From an uncultured Acidobacteriota bacterium (GTDB lineage: Bacteria > Acidobacteriota > UBA6911 > RPQK01 > JAPXNP01), in the NCBI GenBank assembly GCA_963777605.1, contig CAVZRV010000028.1, forward strand, positions 177,412-241,411: a DNA stretch of 64,000 nucleotides. The letters run 5' to 3'. A program made the translations under genes and the position numbers. A model generated the notes under the pieces. That model made no database searches, had not been told where the DNA came from, and saw only the letters and a list, made by a program, of their open reading frames with translations. Below, one piece after another: positions 10,579 to 19,942 of this stretch (positions within the stretch are counted from its first letter, which is position 1; each line of letters begins with the position of its first letter).

Positions 10579-11517
10579 TCAATGGCGATAAGGCGGAACA
10601 TACTTCTGCAGGGACGAGATGAAAGGCCGAACGGTCGTATTCGTTCTCACTTTACCCCTGAGCAGGATGTCTTCCCCGGTCACCGGGCTGCCGTAGACCG
10701 CCTGGTTGGCGCTGTCATCCATCGTTATGCTGGCACCGGCCAGCGATACGCCTGCAAAAAGTCCCTTGCTGCGGGAGTAGGAGTAAATGGCAGAGCTGAG
10801 CGTGATGTCGGTTGCGCCACTGGCGGTTCTACCCACCGGTCCGGCTGCCACCGAGGCGTCTCCACCCAGGGTGAACTTTCCTTTGAGCAGCGGCTTCAGG
10901 CCGTCTTCATTGGTGAAGACCAGCACCAGATCGGTGGCTGAGCCTCCGATCTGAAAGCCCACACTTCCGCCGCCGATGGTGATAAAGGCGGGCGCTGACC
11001 AGTTGCCGGCTTCGGTCCGTCGGGCGATCAAGCCCTTGCCATATCGTCCACCCACGATGAACGCGCCCTTGACGACATGCGGGATAATGGCGATCGCGTG
11101 GGCTTTCTCGAGCAGATCTTCGGGGATCGCCTGGTCGGGAGCAGCCATGATTTCAGAGAGAACGCTTCCAGCTTTTGTGGCCCGATCGGCCTCGTCTTCA
11201 ACATTGGCCCGGGCAGGCTGGTCAACCCTGTCGGTGTAATAGCTTGCCTGCGGGTCCATTTTCACTCCCAGGGCTTCCTGGGTCTTCTGGTCGAGCATTC
11301 CGGTCGGCTCCAGGCTCTTGCTCTTTTGAAACTCCCGAATTGCAGATCCAGTCTGAGGTCCCATCACTCCGTCGACGGGCCCCGGGCTAAAGCCATTGTC
11401 CTTAAGGACCTGTTGAAGGTTCTGGATCGTTTGATCGGGACGGGCAGCCACAAGGGAGGCTGTCATCAGCGCCACGGTCATGAGAAACATGAAAAGCAAA
11501 GTGGATATCTTCTTCAT
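10579..11517 (-). CDS. Peptidoglycan-binding domain plus Ysc84/SYLF lipid-binding domain protein
   Basis: Signal peptide; LQQVL..GFSPGPVDGVMGPQT..AIREFQ; then KGAFIVGGRYGKG, GGSVGFQIGG, AAGPVGR and YSRSKGLFAG. Confidence 0.9.
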   Translation of the reverse strand: MKKISTLLFMFLMTVALMTASLVAARPDQTIQNLQQVLKDNGFSPGPVDGVMGPQTGSAIREFQKSKSLEPTGMLDQKTQEALGVKMDPQASYYTDRVDQPARANVEDEADRATKAGSVLSEIMAAPDQAIPEDLLEKAHAIAIIPHVVKGAFIVGGRYGKGLIARRTEAGNWSAPAFITIGGGSVGFQIGGSATDLVLVFTNEDGLKPLLKGKFTLGGDASVAAGPVGRTASGATDITLSSAIYSYSRSKGLFAGVSLAGASITMDDSANQAVYGSPVTGEDILLRGKVRTNTTVRPFISSLQKYVPPYRH

Positions 11518-11743
11518 TGTTATTCTCCTTGGGAGATTGGTGCTCCCTGAAATCTCACAGGTCTTTCTACACAAGAAGCTGATCGTTGCTCTGACTGTTG
11601 AGTCCCCAAACCCGGACAGTGAAGCAGAGCCCCGAGGATTATCGGGAAGACGATGAGCCTTCTGCCGATATCCGGCTCCAGTGAGATTGCCGACAGGTCG
11701 ATTACTGTCTTCTCCTTTTTACATCGCTGGCGAAGACGGTGTC

Positions 11744-11781
11744 AGTTCAGCATTGCTCTGAGTCCTGATCACATTTGCTCA
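11744..11781 (-). promoter_or_regulatory. Tandem palindromic operator, copy 2 (Ysc84-M48 genes)
   Basis: Gene strand TGAGCA-AATG-TGATCA, 6 nt, AGAGCA-ATGC-TGAACT-GAC; TAAAAA at 11721-11716. Confidence 0.8.
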
Positions 11782-11858
11782 GTGCCCTCGATGAGGAGGC
11801 CACCGCAAGCCGAGGGTCAGACGAAAAAGCGCGCTCCTCGTCTGTCCGATTGCCAACC

Positions 11859-12751
11859 TGAAACTTCATCGTGGAGGCTGCAATTTTCACCGCAAGGCGC
11901 GAAGGTCGCCCGGAATCATGAAGCCGTGGGTCGCGGCTGGAGCCTGGATACCCCGATTTCAGAACGCGAGTGTCACGAGCGCGGCTCCGGACGATGGTAA
12001 GTCACCAGAAGTGCTGCCGGAGGCCGGAACCGCGGGATGGAGTCAAAATCCAGGACTGGTAATGGATGAGAGTCAGGAGTAGCGCTCCCTTGACTCGGGG
12101 GCGCCTAATGGGTTCCCTCGCGTTCGGAACACTGGCCGTGTGCCAGGTCCGGTCCGCCATGCCCAGTTTCACTCTGAGAATGGTCCGGCGCCGCCGGGGG
12201 CCCCGCTGACTTAAAACTTCATTTGGATGAGTTGGAAATCCTGGAAGATTTGGACGCGTCTGGACGGGGATTGAGGCGATCGGTGGAGAGCCAGGGACGC
12301 GATTATCGGCTGAATCCTGGTTCCGGGTCCGGTGCCAGACGTGGATGAGTGATGATCACAGGATCGGCACCGGACTGGCCCCTGAAGGGGGCCTGTTTCC
12401 AGCCCAGGCATTTGCCTGGGTTTACGGTTCCCCCATCAAGAATCCAGCCCTGAAAGGGCGGCACAGCTCTCCGGACGTGAAGAATCGGCGCGACCTTACA
12501 GGCCGCAATCGAAGTGCCGGGACCACAGACCCAGGGCAAGCCCTGGGCTGAAACCAAGGCGCTCCAGCGCCAGGTCCAGTTTCACTCTCTGAATGATCCG
12601 GCGGCCGGGGGCCGGGCTGACCTGAAACTTCACCTGAAGCTTGGACCCTGGGTCCATTTGAAACGTGGAATGGCACGGACACAAAGCCGGGGGTAAGGCG
12701 AAGCCGCGCCCCCGGGTTCGCGGACCCAGTTTCACTCTCCGAATGACCCGG
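11859..12751 (-). mobile_element. Modular non-coding element, locus 1: three tandem units (11859-12188, 12212-12601, 12623-12751)
   Basis: On + each unit starts TRAAACTTCA and ends CCAGTTTCACTCTNNGAATGNYCCGG; similar GC-rich 21-23 nt linkers; homologous to 20607-21109 and 40675-41194; abuts the PBP stop codon. Confidence 0.75.
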
Positions 12752-15040
12752 TCACGGGCGCGGTGACGAGGTCGAACTCGCGGCCAACGTCGTGGGTCTG
12801 TCCGGCTCTGCCTCCGGCCGTGCCTGCGCTGCCAGGTATTCGTCGATCCCTTGCTCGATCTTGCGGGGGAACTTGGGAGCCGGTCCCACGAGCTGGTCGC
12901 GATAGACTCGGGACATGATTTCACGGAAGATCGGGAGCGCCGTGCGCCCACCGGTTTCTCTCGCGCCCAGCGTGCGGTTATCGTCGAATCCAATCCGGAC
13001 CGCCACGGTAATCCCCTCCGGTCCGTAAGTGGACCCCACGAACAGTGCGTCGCGGAAATCGCTCGTCGTTCCAGTCTTGCCCATCACCGGGACCGGGAAT
13101 CCACGCCCGTCAAGACTGTGTGCCGTTCCGTCCGGCAGTCGGACCACGCCTCGCAGCCCCTCCTGGATCAGGCTCAGGGCGGCGGAGTTGATTGGCTGAC
13201 CGGAAGGAGGGCCACTGTAAAGCAGCTCGCCAGAGGAGTCGCTCACGCTATCGATGACGTGGGGCTCGGCGAGGCACCCCGAAGCCATCGCGCGAAAGGC
13301 GTCCGCCAGCTCGAGCAAGCGCACTTCAGACGCGCCCAAAGCCGTTGCGATGTTGGGCTTGAGGGGGGTGCGTATTCCAAGCTCTTTCGCGGTCCTTAGC
13401 ACCGCTCGCAGGCCGATTTCGCGAGTGATCCATACCGCAACCGTGTTGCGGGACTCAGCCAGTGCCTGGCGGATCGGCATCGAACCTTTGAACTGATTAT
13501 CGTAGTTGCTGATCCACTTGCTATCCTGGTCGGCCCCCATGGGCACCTCGATGGGCTCGTCCGGCACGGTTGTCGTAAGGTCCAGTCCGCTCTCGAACGC
13601 GGCCAGGTAAACCAATGGTTTCAGTGCCGAGCCCGGCTGGCGCAGCGAGTCGGTGACACGGTTGTAGTCGGAATAGAGTGTATTCCTCGCTTCATAGAAC
13701 TGCCGTCCGCCGGCCTCGGCCAGGATTCCCGCATCGGCGTTACGCAACACCACCACAGATCCCTGGACCAACCCCTTGGACTTGGAATGCCGGTGCTCGT
13801 AGAGAGCGAGGCCGTTTTCGAGAGCTTCGTTCACGATCGTCTGGACCCGCCCGTCCAGCGTCGACCGGACCGAGATTCGACCCTGGATGAGGTCATCAAA
13901 CCCGAAACTGGATCCGCCGTGGAGTTTCAGCTCGCTGAGGACGCCGTTGATTGCAGCGGGGGCCTGGGTCTTGATCCGGCTGTGGGCCACCACGCGGATC
14001 GGCTCGGCCTGGCAGCGTTTCGCGAGTTCCCTGGTGATGTAGCCGTTGCGCACCATCAAATCCAGAATTTGGTTCCGGCGACGCAGGGGCCTCGGGTCAC
14101 CGGGAACCGGGGCATAGTCCTGGGGTGACTTCGAGATCCCCGCCAGCAGGGCAGCCTCTCCCGCGTCCTCCTGCGTATAGCTCGCGAGGGGTTTGCCAAA
14201 ATAGTAGTCGGAGGCGGCAGCGTAGCCATAGCGGCCGTTGCCGAGGTAAAAGAAGCTGGCCGAGCGGGCGAAAATCTCGCGCTTGGCTTGTTCCTGAGAT
14301 CCAAAGTGCCGGCGCATCTCTTCCTCCAGCCAGAGTGCAAGGCGCACCTCCTCCAGCTTGCGGAAGAGCTTGTTCGTGGCAGGTGCGCCGAGAAACAACG
14401 AGAAGAACCGTGGAGCCAGCCGTCTGCTGAAGAGGCTGGTGCCGGTCTCACGGCTTGTCAAGGCTTGCAGGAAGTAGCCGCGCACGAGTTGCTGCGTCAG
14501 CGTCGAGCCCCCTTGGGGAAGTCGCAGCCGGAACCCGGCGTCTCCCTTCCACCACCCGGTCACAGACCTCACCACCGTTTTCTCGATCACACGTGGCAGA
14601 GCCCGGTATTCCACGCCGGAATGAGAGAAGAAATTCTTGTCCTCGGCAGACAGGATCGCCTGACGCAGGATGACGGGCACGTCATCGTAAGAGACAACCT
14701 TGCGGTACTCCCCCGCCAGTTCGATCAGCACCTTGCCCTGCGCGTCATAGATTCTGCCGGTTGTAGGAGGCTCGAATCGGATGAAGGGCTCGAGGTCCGG
14801 GAGGGCGGTTCGATCGAAGTAGACGTAATGGATGAGTGCGCCCGGCAGGATGAGCAGGAGCAGCGCCAGGGAGGAGGCTGCAAGGAGCAGTACACGGCGC
14901 GACCAGGTGCGTGGCACGAGACGCACTATGAGGGCGCCCGCAGATCGAAGTCGGGAAGTGATTCGTGGCAACGCTCTGAAGGGGCCCTCCACGGGATCAT
15001 CCGCCTCGGGGGGGGCATGGGTCATGGGACTCGTGGGCAT
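12752..15040 (-). CDS. Class A penicillin-binding protein (transglycosylase/transpeptidase, PBP1A-like)
   Basis: TM anchor; AEDKNF, GGSTLTQQL and RKLEE; RQPGSALKP (SxxK), SRN and KTGT. Confidence 0.9.
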   Translation of the reverse strand: MPTSPMTHAPPEADDPVEGPFRALPRITSRLRSAGALIVRLVPRTWSRRVLLLAASSLALLLLILPGALIHYVYFDRTALPDLEPFIRFEPPTTGRIYDAQGKVLIELAGEYRKVVSYDDVPVILRQAILSAEDKNFFSHSGVEYRALPRVIEKTVVRSVTGWWKGDAGFRLRLPQGGSTLTQQLVRGYFLQALTSRETGTSLFSRRLAPRFFSLFLGAPATNKLFRKLEEVRLALWLEEEMRRHFGSQEQAKREIFARSASFFYLGNGRYGYAAASDYYFGKPLASYTQEDAGEAALLAGISKSPQDYAPVPGDPRPLRRRNQILDLMVRNGYITRELAKRCQAEPIRVVAHSRIKTQAPAAINGVLSELKLHGGSSFGFDDLIQGRISVRSTLDGRVQTIVNEALENGLALYEHRHSKSKGLVQGSVVVLRNADAGILAEAGGRQFYEARNTLYSDYNRVTDSLRQPGSALKPLVYLAAFESGLDLTTTVPDEPIEVPMGADQDSKWISNYDNQFKGSMPIRQALAESRNTVAVWITREIGLRAVLRTAKELGIRTPLKPNIATALGASEVRLLELADAFRAMASGCLAEPHVIDSVSDSSGELLYSGPPSGQPINSAALSLIQEGLRGVVRLPDGTAHSLDGRGFPVPVMGKTGTTSDFRDALFVGSTYGPEGITVAVRIGFDDNRTLGARETGGRTALPIFREIMSRVYRDQLVGPAPKFPRKIEQGIDEYLAAQARPEAEPDRPTTLAASSTSSPRP

Positions 15041-15079
15041 AATCGCGGTCTTTCGGAAGTGTGGTGCCCACTGCGGGGA

Positions 15080-15105
15080 GTGGAGCACGGTGAACCGTGC
15101 TCCAC
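15080..15105. terminator. 11-bp-stem hairpin between the OmpA-family gene and the PBP gene
   Basis: GTGGAGCACGG-TGAA-CCGTGCTCCAC. Confidence 0.45.
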
Positions 15106-15160
15106 CTCCATCAGTGCAACGGTCAGAACGTTTTGCAGACCAGAATGAGTGCACCGTTCA

Positions 15161-16744
15161 TTATTGAGATCCACCTGAAAGAGTGGTCTGGGTGCCGATG
15201 AGTTCGCCGGATACAATGAGTTCGACCCGGCGGTTGCTCTGCCGGCCTGCGGCGGTGTTATTCGTGGCCAGGGGTCGGGACTTGCCGAACCCTACCGCCG
15301 GAGCCAGGCTCATCTGCGGAATTCCCTGTTCAATGAGGTAGTCCCGCACCGATCTGGCTCGCTGTTCGGAGAGGTGCTGGTTGTACGACTCACCACCGAC
15401 ACTATCGGTGTGGCCTTCCACCTCCAGATTCAAGCCCGGGTGCCCCAGCAGGATTCCGGCCACTTTGGCCAACCCTTCGCGGGCTCCCGGCCGCAGATTG
15501 AACTGGGCGGTGTCGAAGAGAATATCCGACATATTAACGATCAGGCCGCGGGCGGTATCGCGAGTTTCGAGAACCGAGTTGAATTGGCTCAATAACTGAG
15601 CACGCAGGTCCGCTTGCTCCGTCTCCGCTTTCATCCGCATGAGGTCGGCTTCCCGGGCTGTCTGATCGGCCGCAGCCTGGGCGGCAACTCGCGCTGCCTC
15701 TGCCTCGAGTTTGATCTTTTCGGTTGCAGCCTGAGCAGCGTTCCGTTCCATTTCGGCATTCGCCCTTTGCTCGGCCTCGCTCCGCAGGTCGCTTTCAGCT
15801 TGCGCCCTCAGGCGCGCCTCGGCCTCGGTCTTTTCTTTGGCTAACGCTTCACGGTCCGCGCCCGCCTGTCGCTCGCTCGCGAGCCGTTCTTCCTCCTGAC
15901 GCTGCACCGCGATGGCCCTGGAATCCTCCGCGGTCTGCACGGCTACACGCGCCGCCCTCGATACCATTTTGTGCCCCGCTTTGCTGCCCTGGTAAATCTC
16001 GGCTTGACTCAAGCTGGATTGGGCCTTGGAGAAGGTGTCGGAGGCGAACTGCTCCGCGCCGGCGGCGCGAGCGATCTGGACGGCGTTGCGTGCCTCGTAG
16101 AGTTCCAGCGGTATCTTCGGATCGCTTCTCAGAGCCAAAGGATTCGCCAAAGCCTCATACTGACCGGACTCCAGCAATTCGAACTTGGCGTCCATCGCCT
16201 CGATCTTGCCCTTGGTGTCCGAGCGCACAGCGTTTTCCATTACGACCAGATTGCTTGGCATGGTGACCGCGAAATAGGGTTCCGCCGTCACTGCAAGACC
16301 GAAGACCTGCAGTTCCGTGGTCACGTCCAGCTTGCTCTTGGTTCCGTCCAGAAGGACCTCGCCCAGGTTGGATGTCCGGCCTTCGGGAGTGATCGCCCAG
16401 AGCACATAGGTGAGGTATTCAGCTCCATACCTGGTCGCCGGTTGCATATCATCGAATTCCACTTCGATCTCGATGTAGCCTTTCTTGCTTTCGACTTTTG
16501 CTTCGCCACGGGATCCCGGCTGGAGATCGGTTCCCCGGAAATCAACCTTTGTGGCGCCGCTACGGTGTTGATAATTGATCGCCTTCATCGTCCGCTCTAC
16601 AACAATGACTCTATAAACGGGTGTCGAACTCTCGGTTTGGCTTTGAACCGATGAGTGTGTTGAATTCGCAGCCAGCGACACCTGCGCGGACAGCAGCCCG
16701 GCGGCCAATCCGCATAAGGCCAATAACGTGCTCGGCTTTCTCAT
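15161..16744 (-). CDS. OmpA-family protein with an N-terminal periplasmic domain and coiled coil
   Basis: Signal peptide; Ala/Glu/Arg-rich coil; DILFD, VEGHTDSVG..YNQHLSEQRA and NRRVEL motifs. Confidence 0.9.
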   Translation of the reverse strand: MRKPSTLLALCGLAAGLLSAQVSLAANSTHSSVQSQTESSTPVYRVIVVERTMKAINYQHRSGATKVDFRGTDLQPGSRGEAKVESKKGYIEIEVEFDDMQPATRYGAEYLTYVLWAITPEGRTSNLGEVLLDGTKSKLDVTTELQVFGLAVTAEPYFAVTMPSNLVVMENAVRSDTKGKIEAMDAKFELLESGQYEALANPLALRSDPKIPLELYEARNAVQIARAAGAEQFASDTFSKAQSSLSQAEIYQGSKAGHKMVSRAARVAVQTAEDSRAIAVQRQEEERLASERQAGADREALAKEKTEAEARLRAQAESDLRSEAEQRANAEMERNAAQAATEKIKLEAEAARVAAQAAADQTAREADLMRMKAETEQADLRAQLLSQFNSVLETRDTARGLIVNMSDILFDTAQFNLRPGAREGLAKVAGILLGHPGLNLEVEGHTDSVGGESYNQHLSEQRARSVRDYLIEQGIPQMSLAPAVGFGKSRPLATNNTAAGRQSNRRVELIVSGELIGTQTTLSGGSQ

Positions 16745-16817
16745 TTCTCACATCCTTTTTTCTGAAGCAATTTGATGGGTACGAGTGTGGTTATACGTTG
16801 AGTGCCGGTGGCGCGTC

Positions 16818-16855
16818 AGTTCAGTACGGCTCAGGAGGACGGTCAAGTTTGCTCA
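16818..16855 (-). promoter_or_regulatory. Tandem palindromic operator, copy 3 (OmpA-PBP genes)
   Basis: TGAGCA-AACT-TGACCG, 6 nt, TGAGCC-GTAC-TGAACT-GAC; TATAAC at 16795-16790. Confidence 0.85.
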
Positions 16856-16882
16856 CCCCGCTCGTCGCGCTCAAGGATGGAC

Positions 16883-16920
16883 TGAGCTCTATTGACCGGA
16901 TCTCTGAGCGTTACTGAACA
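16883..16920 (+). promoter_or_regulatory. Tandem palindromic operator, copy 4 (LPQTA protein), divergent from copy 3
   Basis: TGAGCT-CTAT-TGACCG, 6 nt, TGAGCG-TTAC-TGAACA-GAC; GAGAAT at 16942-16947. Confidence 0.85.
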
Positions 16921-17063
16921 GACACGCGGCCGCCCCCAGGGGAGAATGCCTCTAAGGATCAGCAAGCGATGGCTGAACGCTCCTGCAGCAGATAGACAAG
17001 AATTGAACTGCGACGGACCGGATTCATCCAAACACGATCCCCACTTAACAAGGAAGGTCTTAA

Positions 17064-17804
17064 ATGAATCAATCGAAGCTTAAGTTAACTGTGTTTATTT
17101 TCTGTATAGCCGTGGCGGTCCTGGCGTTTCCCCCCCGGGTGAACGCCGACGCCTGGAACAAGAAGACGACCGTGACATTCAATGTGCCGGTCGAGATTCC
17201 AGGTGTAGGAGCCCAGGTTCTGCCCGCCGGCACGTACGTATTCAAGATTTTGGATGCGCAGGCGAACCGCAACATCGTCCAGATTTCCAACGAGCGGGGC
17301 GACCACATTTTCGCAACTATCCTCGCGGTACCGAATTACCGATTGAAGCCTGCGGACAAGACCGTGATCACGTTCAGGGAACGGGCGGCCGGTGAGCCGG
17401 AGGCGCTCCGGGCGTGGTTCTATCCGGGGAACAGCTGGGGACAGGAATTTGTATACCCGAAGGAGAGAGCCATCGCGCTGGCAAAGGCCACCGACTTCCC
17501 GGTTCTTGCCATGCCTACCGAACTGGCAACGAACCTCACCATGCCCGTGATGGAAGTGACCGAGCCGGCGGTGGTCGCGCTCAAGCAGGCCCCGATCGAG
17601 GCCGTTCAGCCCACAGGAGAAGTGGTGCCCTTAGCTGAGGTCGTTGAGGCCCCGCCGATGCAGGTAGCATCTGTGCAGACCCCAACTTATGACGAGCGCC
17701 TGCCCCAGACGGCCAGCCTGCTCCCGATCATGGGACTGGTTGGCTTGATGGCGCTGATCGCAGGCTTCGCGCTTTGGATACTTCCAATTCGACGGGTTTC
17801 GTAA
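17064..17804 (+). CDS. Exported protein with a C-terminal LPXTA sorting signal (putative sortase substrate)
   Basis: N-terminal signal peptide; C-terminus LPQTA, hydrophobic helix, then RR; AAGGAAGG RBS. Confidence 0.85.
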   Translation: MNQSKLKLTVFIFCIAVAVLAFPPRVNADAWNKKTTVTFNVPVEIPGVGAQVLPAGTYVFKILDAQANRNIVQISNERGDHIFATILAVPNYRLKPADKTVITFRERAAGEPEALRAWFYPGNSWGQEFVYPKERAIALAKATDFPVLAMPTELATNLTMPVMEVTEPAVVALKQAPIEAVQPTGEVVPLAEVVEAPPMQVASVQTPTYDERLPQTASLLPIMGLVGLMALIAGFALWILPIRRVS

Positions 17805-17884
17805 ATCTACTGAAGGGGGGAAGGGTCGGTACCCGTTGCTGATTAATGAGTCCCGCATCCCCCACGGGAAGGCTCTGACAAATG

Positions 17885-17911
17885 GGGCGCAGGGGAGCTT
17901 CCGCTGCGCCC
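17885..17911 (+). terminator. Hairpin downstream of the LPQTA gene
   Basis: GGGCGCAG...CTGCGCCC stem; no U-tract. Confidence 0.3.
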
Positions 17912-18050
17912 GTCAGGGCCGAGGAATCCCCTAACCGCCCTCGCGGGACTTGCGGGCACTTGCTCTGATTTCATCGGCAAAGTATCCAAATTGTGACGAA
18001 CGAATCCAGCTGGGACTCGGGTGCCGCAAAGCTAGAAGGAGTTCAGGATC

Positions 18051-19085
18051 GTGTGGACCACGAACGTAGCAGGTACCCGAGTTTGCTCCTTCGTGGAGCG
18101 TGTCTTTCCGATCCTGTTGCCGGGCGTCCTGGGTCTCCTGGTACTTTCGCCATGCCTTGCCGGATCTCAGGAAGCCCCGCCGTCACGGAGCCGCCGGAGT
18201 GACCCTTACACGATCAGTGTAAAGGTGGACATGGTGGCTCTACACCCAACCGTACGGAACCGCAAAGGCATTCTGGTTTCGGGGCTCGGCAAAGAAGACT
18301 TTCAGGTTTGCGAGGACGGAGTCCCCCAGGAAATCATCTATTTCAGCCAGGAAGATGTCCCGGTCACGGTCGGACTGGTGGTCGACAACAGCGGCAGCAT
18401 GAGGCCGAAGCGGGCTGAAGTGATTGCCGCTGCCCTGGCTTTTGCCAACTCCAGCAACCCGGACGACCAGATGTTCGCGGTGAGTTTCAATGAGATTGTT
18501 TCGTTTGGCCTTCCACCGGATATGCCGTTCACCGACAAAGGGGCTGTATTGGAAGCGGCCCTCTCCCGGATTGACTCAGACGGCAGGACCGCGCTCTACG
18601 ATGCTGTCGTTGCCGCGCTCGAGCAGCTCAAGAAGGGGAACCGGGACAAGAAAGTGCTCCTTGTCGTCAGCGATGGAGGCGACAACGCCAGTCAGCACAG
18701 CCGGGACCAGGTGATGGCCATGGCCGGGCAGCCCGACACAATCATATACACCATCGGCCTCTTTGATGAGGAGGATCCTGACCGGAACCCCGGCTTTCTC
18801 CGGCGACTTGCAGAGGCCACGGGCGGCGAGTCCTTCCTGCCGAGATCTCTGGCCTGGGTGACCCCGATCTGTGAACGCATCGCCCGCGATATTCGCAGCC
18901 AATACACTCTTGTTTATGTTCCTTCGAACCGGAAACAGGATGGGACCTATCGAAAGATTCGCGTAAGGGCCCGGACCCGGGATGGAGGCCGGTTATCGGT
19001 CCGCACCCGAACCGGCTACTACGCACCTTTGAAACCTCAACCCTTGTCAGGCGGCGGAGAAATTGACCATGAAAACCCGAATTGA
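18051..19085 (+). CDS. VWA-domain protein (acidobacterial VWFA-related type)
   Basis: MIDAS motif DNSGSM, TALYDA, VSDGGDNAS, LAEATGG and QYTLVY.P; start uncertain. Confidence 0.88.
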   Translation: MWTTNVAGTRVCSFVERVFPILLPGVLGLLVLSPCLAGSQEAPPSRSRRSDPYTISVKVDMVALHPTVRNRKGILVSGLGKEDFQVCEDGVPQEIIYFSQEDVPVTVGLVVDNSGSMRPKRAEVIAAALAFANSSNPDDQMFAVSFNEIVSFGLPPDMPFTDKGAVLEAALSRIDSDGRTALYDAVVAALEQLKKGNRDKKVLLVVSDGGDNASQHSRDQVMAMAGQPDTIIYTIGLFDEEDPDRNPGFLRRLAEATGGESFLPRSLAWVTPICERIARDIRSQYTLVYVPSNRKQDGTYRKIRVRARTRDGGRLSVRTRTGYYAPLKPQPLSGGGEIDHENPN

Positions 19086-19758
19086 CCGGCAGCCATTTCC
19101 TTCGCCGCGAACCAGGTCCCATCTGGAATGGGCCCGGAACTTCCTTTTGCTCACCGGGGTCCTCGCGTTGAGCTACGTCGGCTTCGCGCTGCTCGAAGCC
19201 AAGGCTTATCAGTCTTACGCAACCCGGCGATTCGACGAGGCACGACAGTCGATGAGGACGCCGGCAGACATTCACGAGTCCCTGAACGCGCCCGTTTCCA
19301 CTTCGTCCGGCGGCACGGAGGTGAGCCTTTGGGAGGCTGAGAGTCGTGGCATCGCTGCTTCCCCCGGCGTTCCGTTGGGACGAATCGAGATCAACGCAAT
19401 TGGACTCTCAGTAATGATTCTGGAAGGGACCGACGCTCGGACCTTGGGGCTGTCGGTTGGTCATATTCCAGGGACTTCAATGCCGGGTGAAGCGGGAAAC
19501 GTGGCCATCGCAGGACACCGGGACACGTTCTTCAGACCACTGCGAAGGATCAGGCAGAATGATGAAATCACCTTGACGACCCTGAAGGGATCCTACCTCT
19601 ATCGGGTGGATTCTACCCGGGTGGTCGAACCGGAGGACACTTACGTGCTGGATGCCTCCGATGAGGCGATTCTGACTTTGGTGACCTGTTACCCTTTTGA
19701 TTTTGTAGGATCCGCCCCCGAGAGATTTATCGTGCGCGCGCACAGAATCATTGAGTGA
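19069..19758 (+). CDS. Sortase (class D-like)
   Basis: N-terminal TM; catalytic His (IAGHRDTFF), Cys (LTLVTCYPF) and Arg (ERFIVRA). Confidence 0.93.
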   Translation: MKTRIDRQPFPSPRTRSHLEWARNFLLLTGVLALSYVGFALLEAKAYQSYATRRFDEARQSMRTPADIHESLNAPVSTSSGGTEVSLWEAESRGIAASPGVPLGRIEINAIGLSVMILEGTDARTLGLSVGHIPGTSMPGEAGNVAIAGHRDTFFRPLRRIRQNDEITLTTLKGSYLYRVDSTRVVEPEDTYVLDASDEAILTLVTCYPFDFVGSAPERFIVRAHRIIE

Positions 19759-19795
19759 GGCAGAACTTAAGTGTCAGAGTTTGACGAGCCCGCGA

Positions 19796-19824
19796 TTGAC
19801 AGCGGAGAGAGTATTGGGTACACT
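19796..19824 (+). promoter_or_regulatory. Near-consensus sigma70 promoter of the Crp/Fnr gene
   Basis: TTGACA-17 nt-TACACT. Confidence 0.7.
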
Positions 19825-19942
19825 TTACATGCATTTCAACCAAACGCGATCGGTAAACCCGCGCAGAACAGACTAAGCCCGCTCAATTCGGAAGTTTTCC
19901 TGTACCGGCCCTCCCGGTTGGCGTTATCAACGGGAGTTACAA

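Noticed and set aside
12163-12222. Integron attC site
   Set aside because: It lacks the RYYYAAC/GTTRRRY core sites, the units carry no credible ORFs, and no intI is in the window.
12211-12696. Short ORFs with similar peptides here and at 20538-20828 and 40570-41348
   Set aside because: They are translations of the non-coding repeat; frames and lengths are not conserved between copies.
11859-12751. CRISPR array interpretation of the recurring ~60-bp junction
   Set aside because: The intervening segments are 100-370 bp, unequal, and reused at other loci; the repeats are degenerate; no cas genes are present.
11972-12763. GTCACGAGCGCGG / GTCACGGGCGCGG as a target-site duplication of locus 1
   Set aside because: 12/13 match in GC-rich DNA, and the left copy lies inside the third unit rather than at its end.
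15110-15160. Possible twelfth copy of the tandem operator upstream of the PBP gene
   Set aside because: Only one half-site (TCAGTGCA) matches, and there is no second site at 22 bp.
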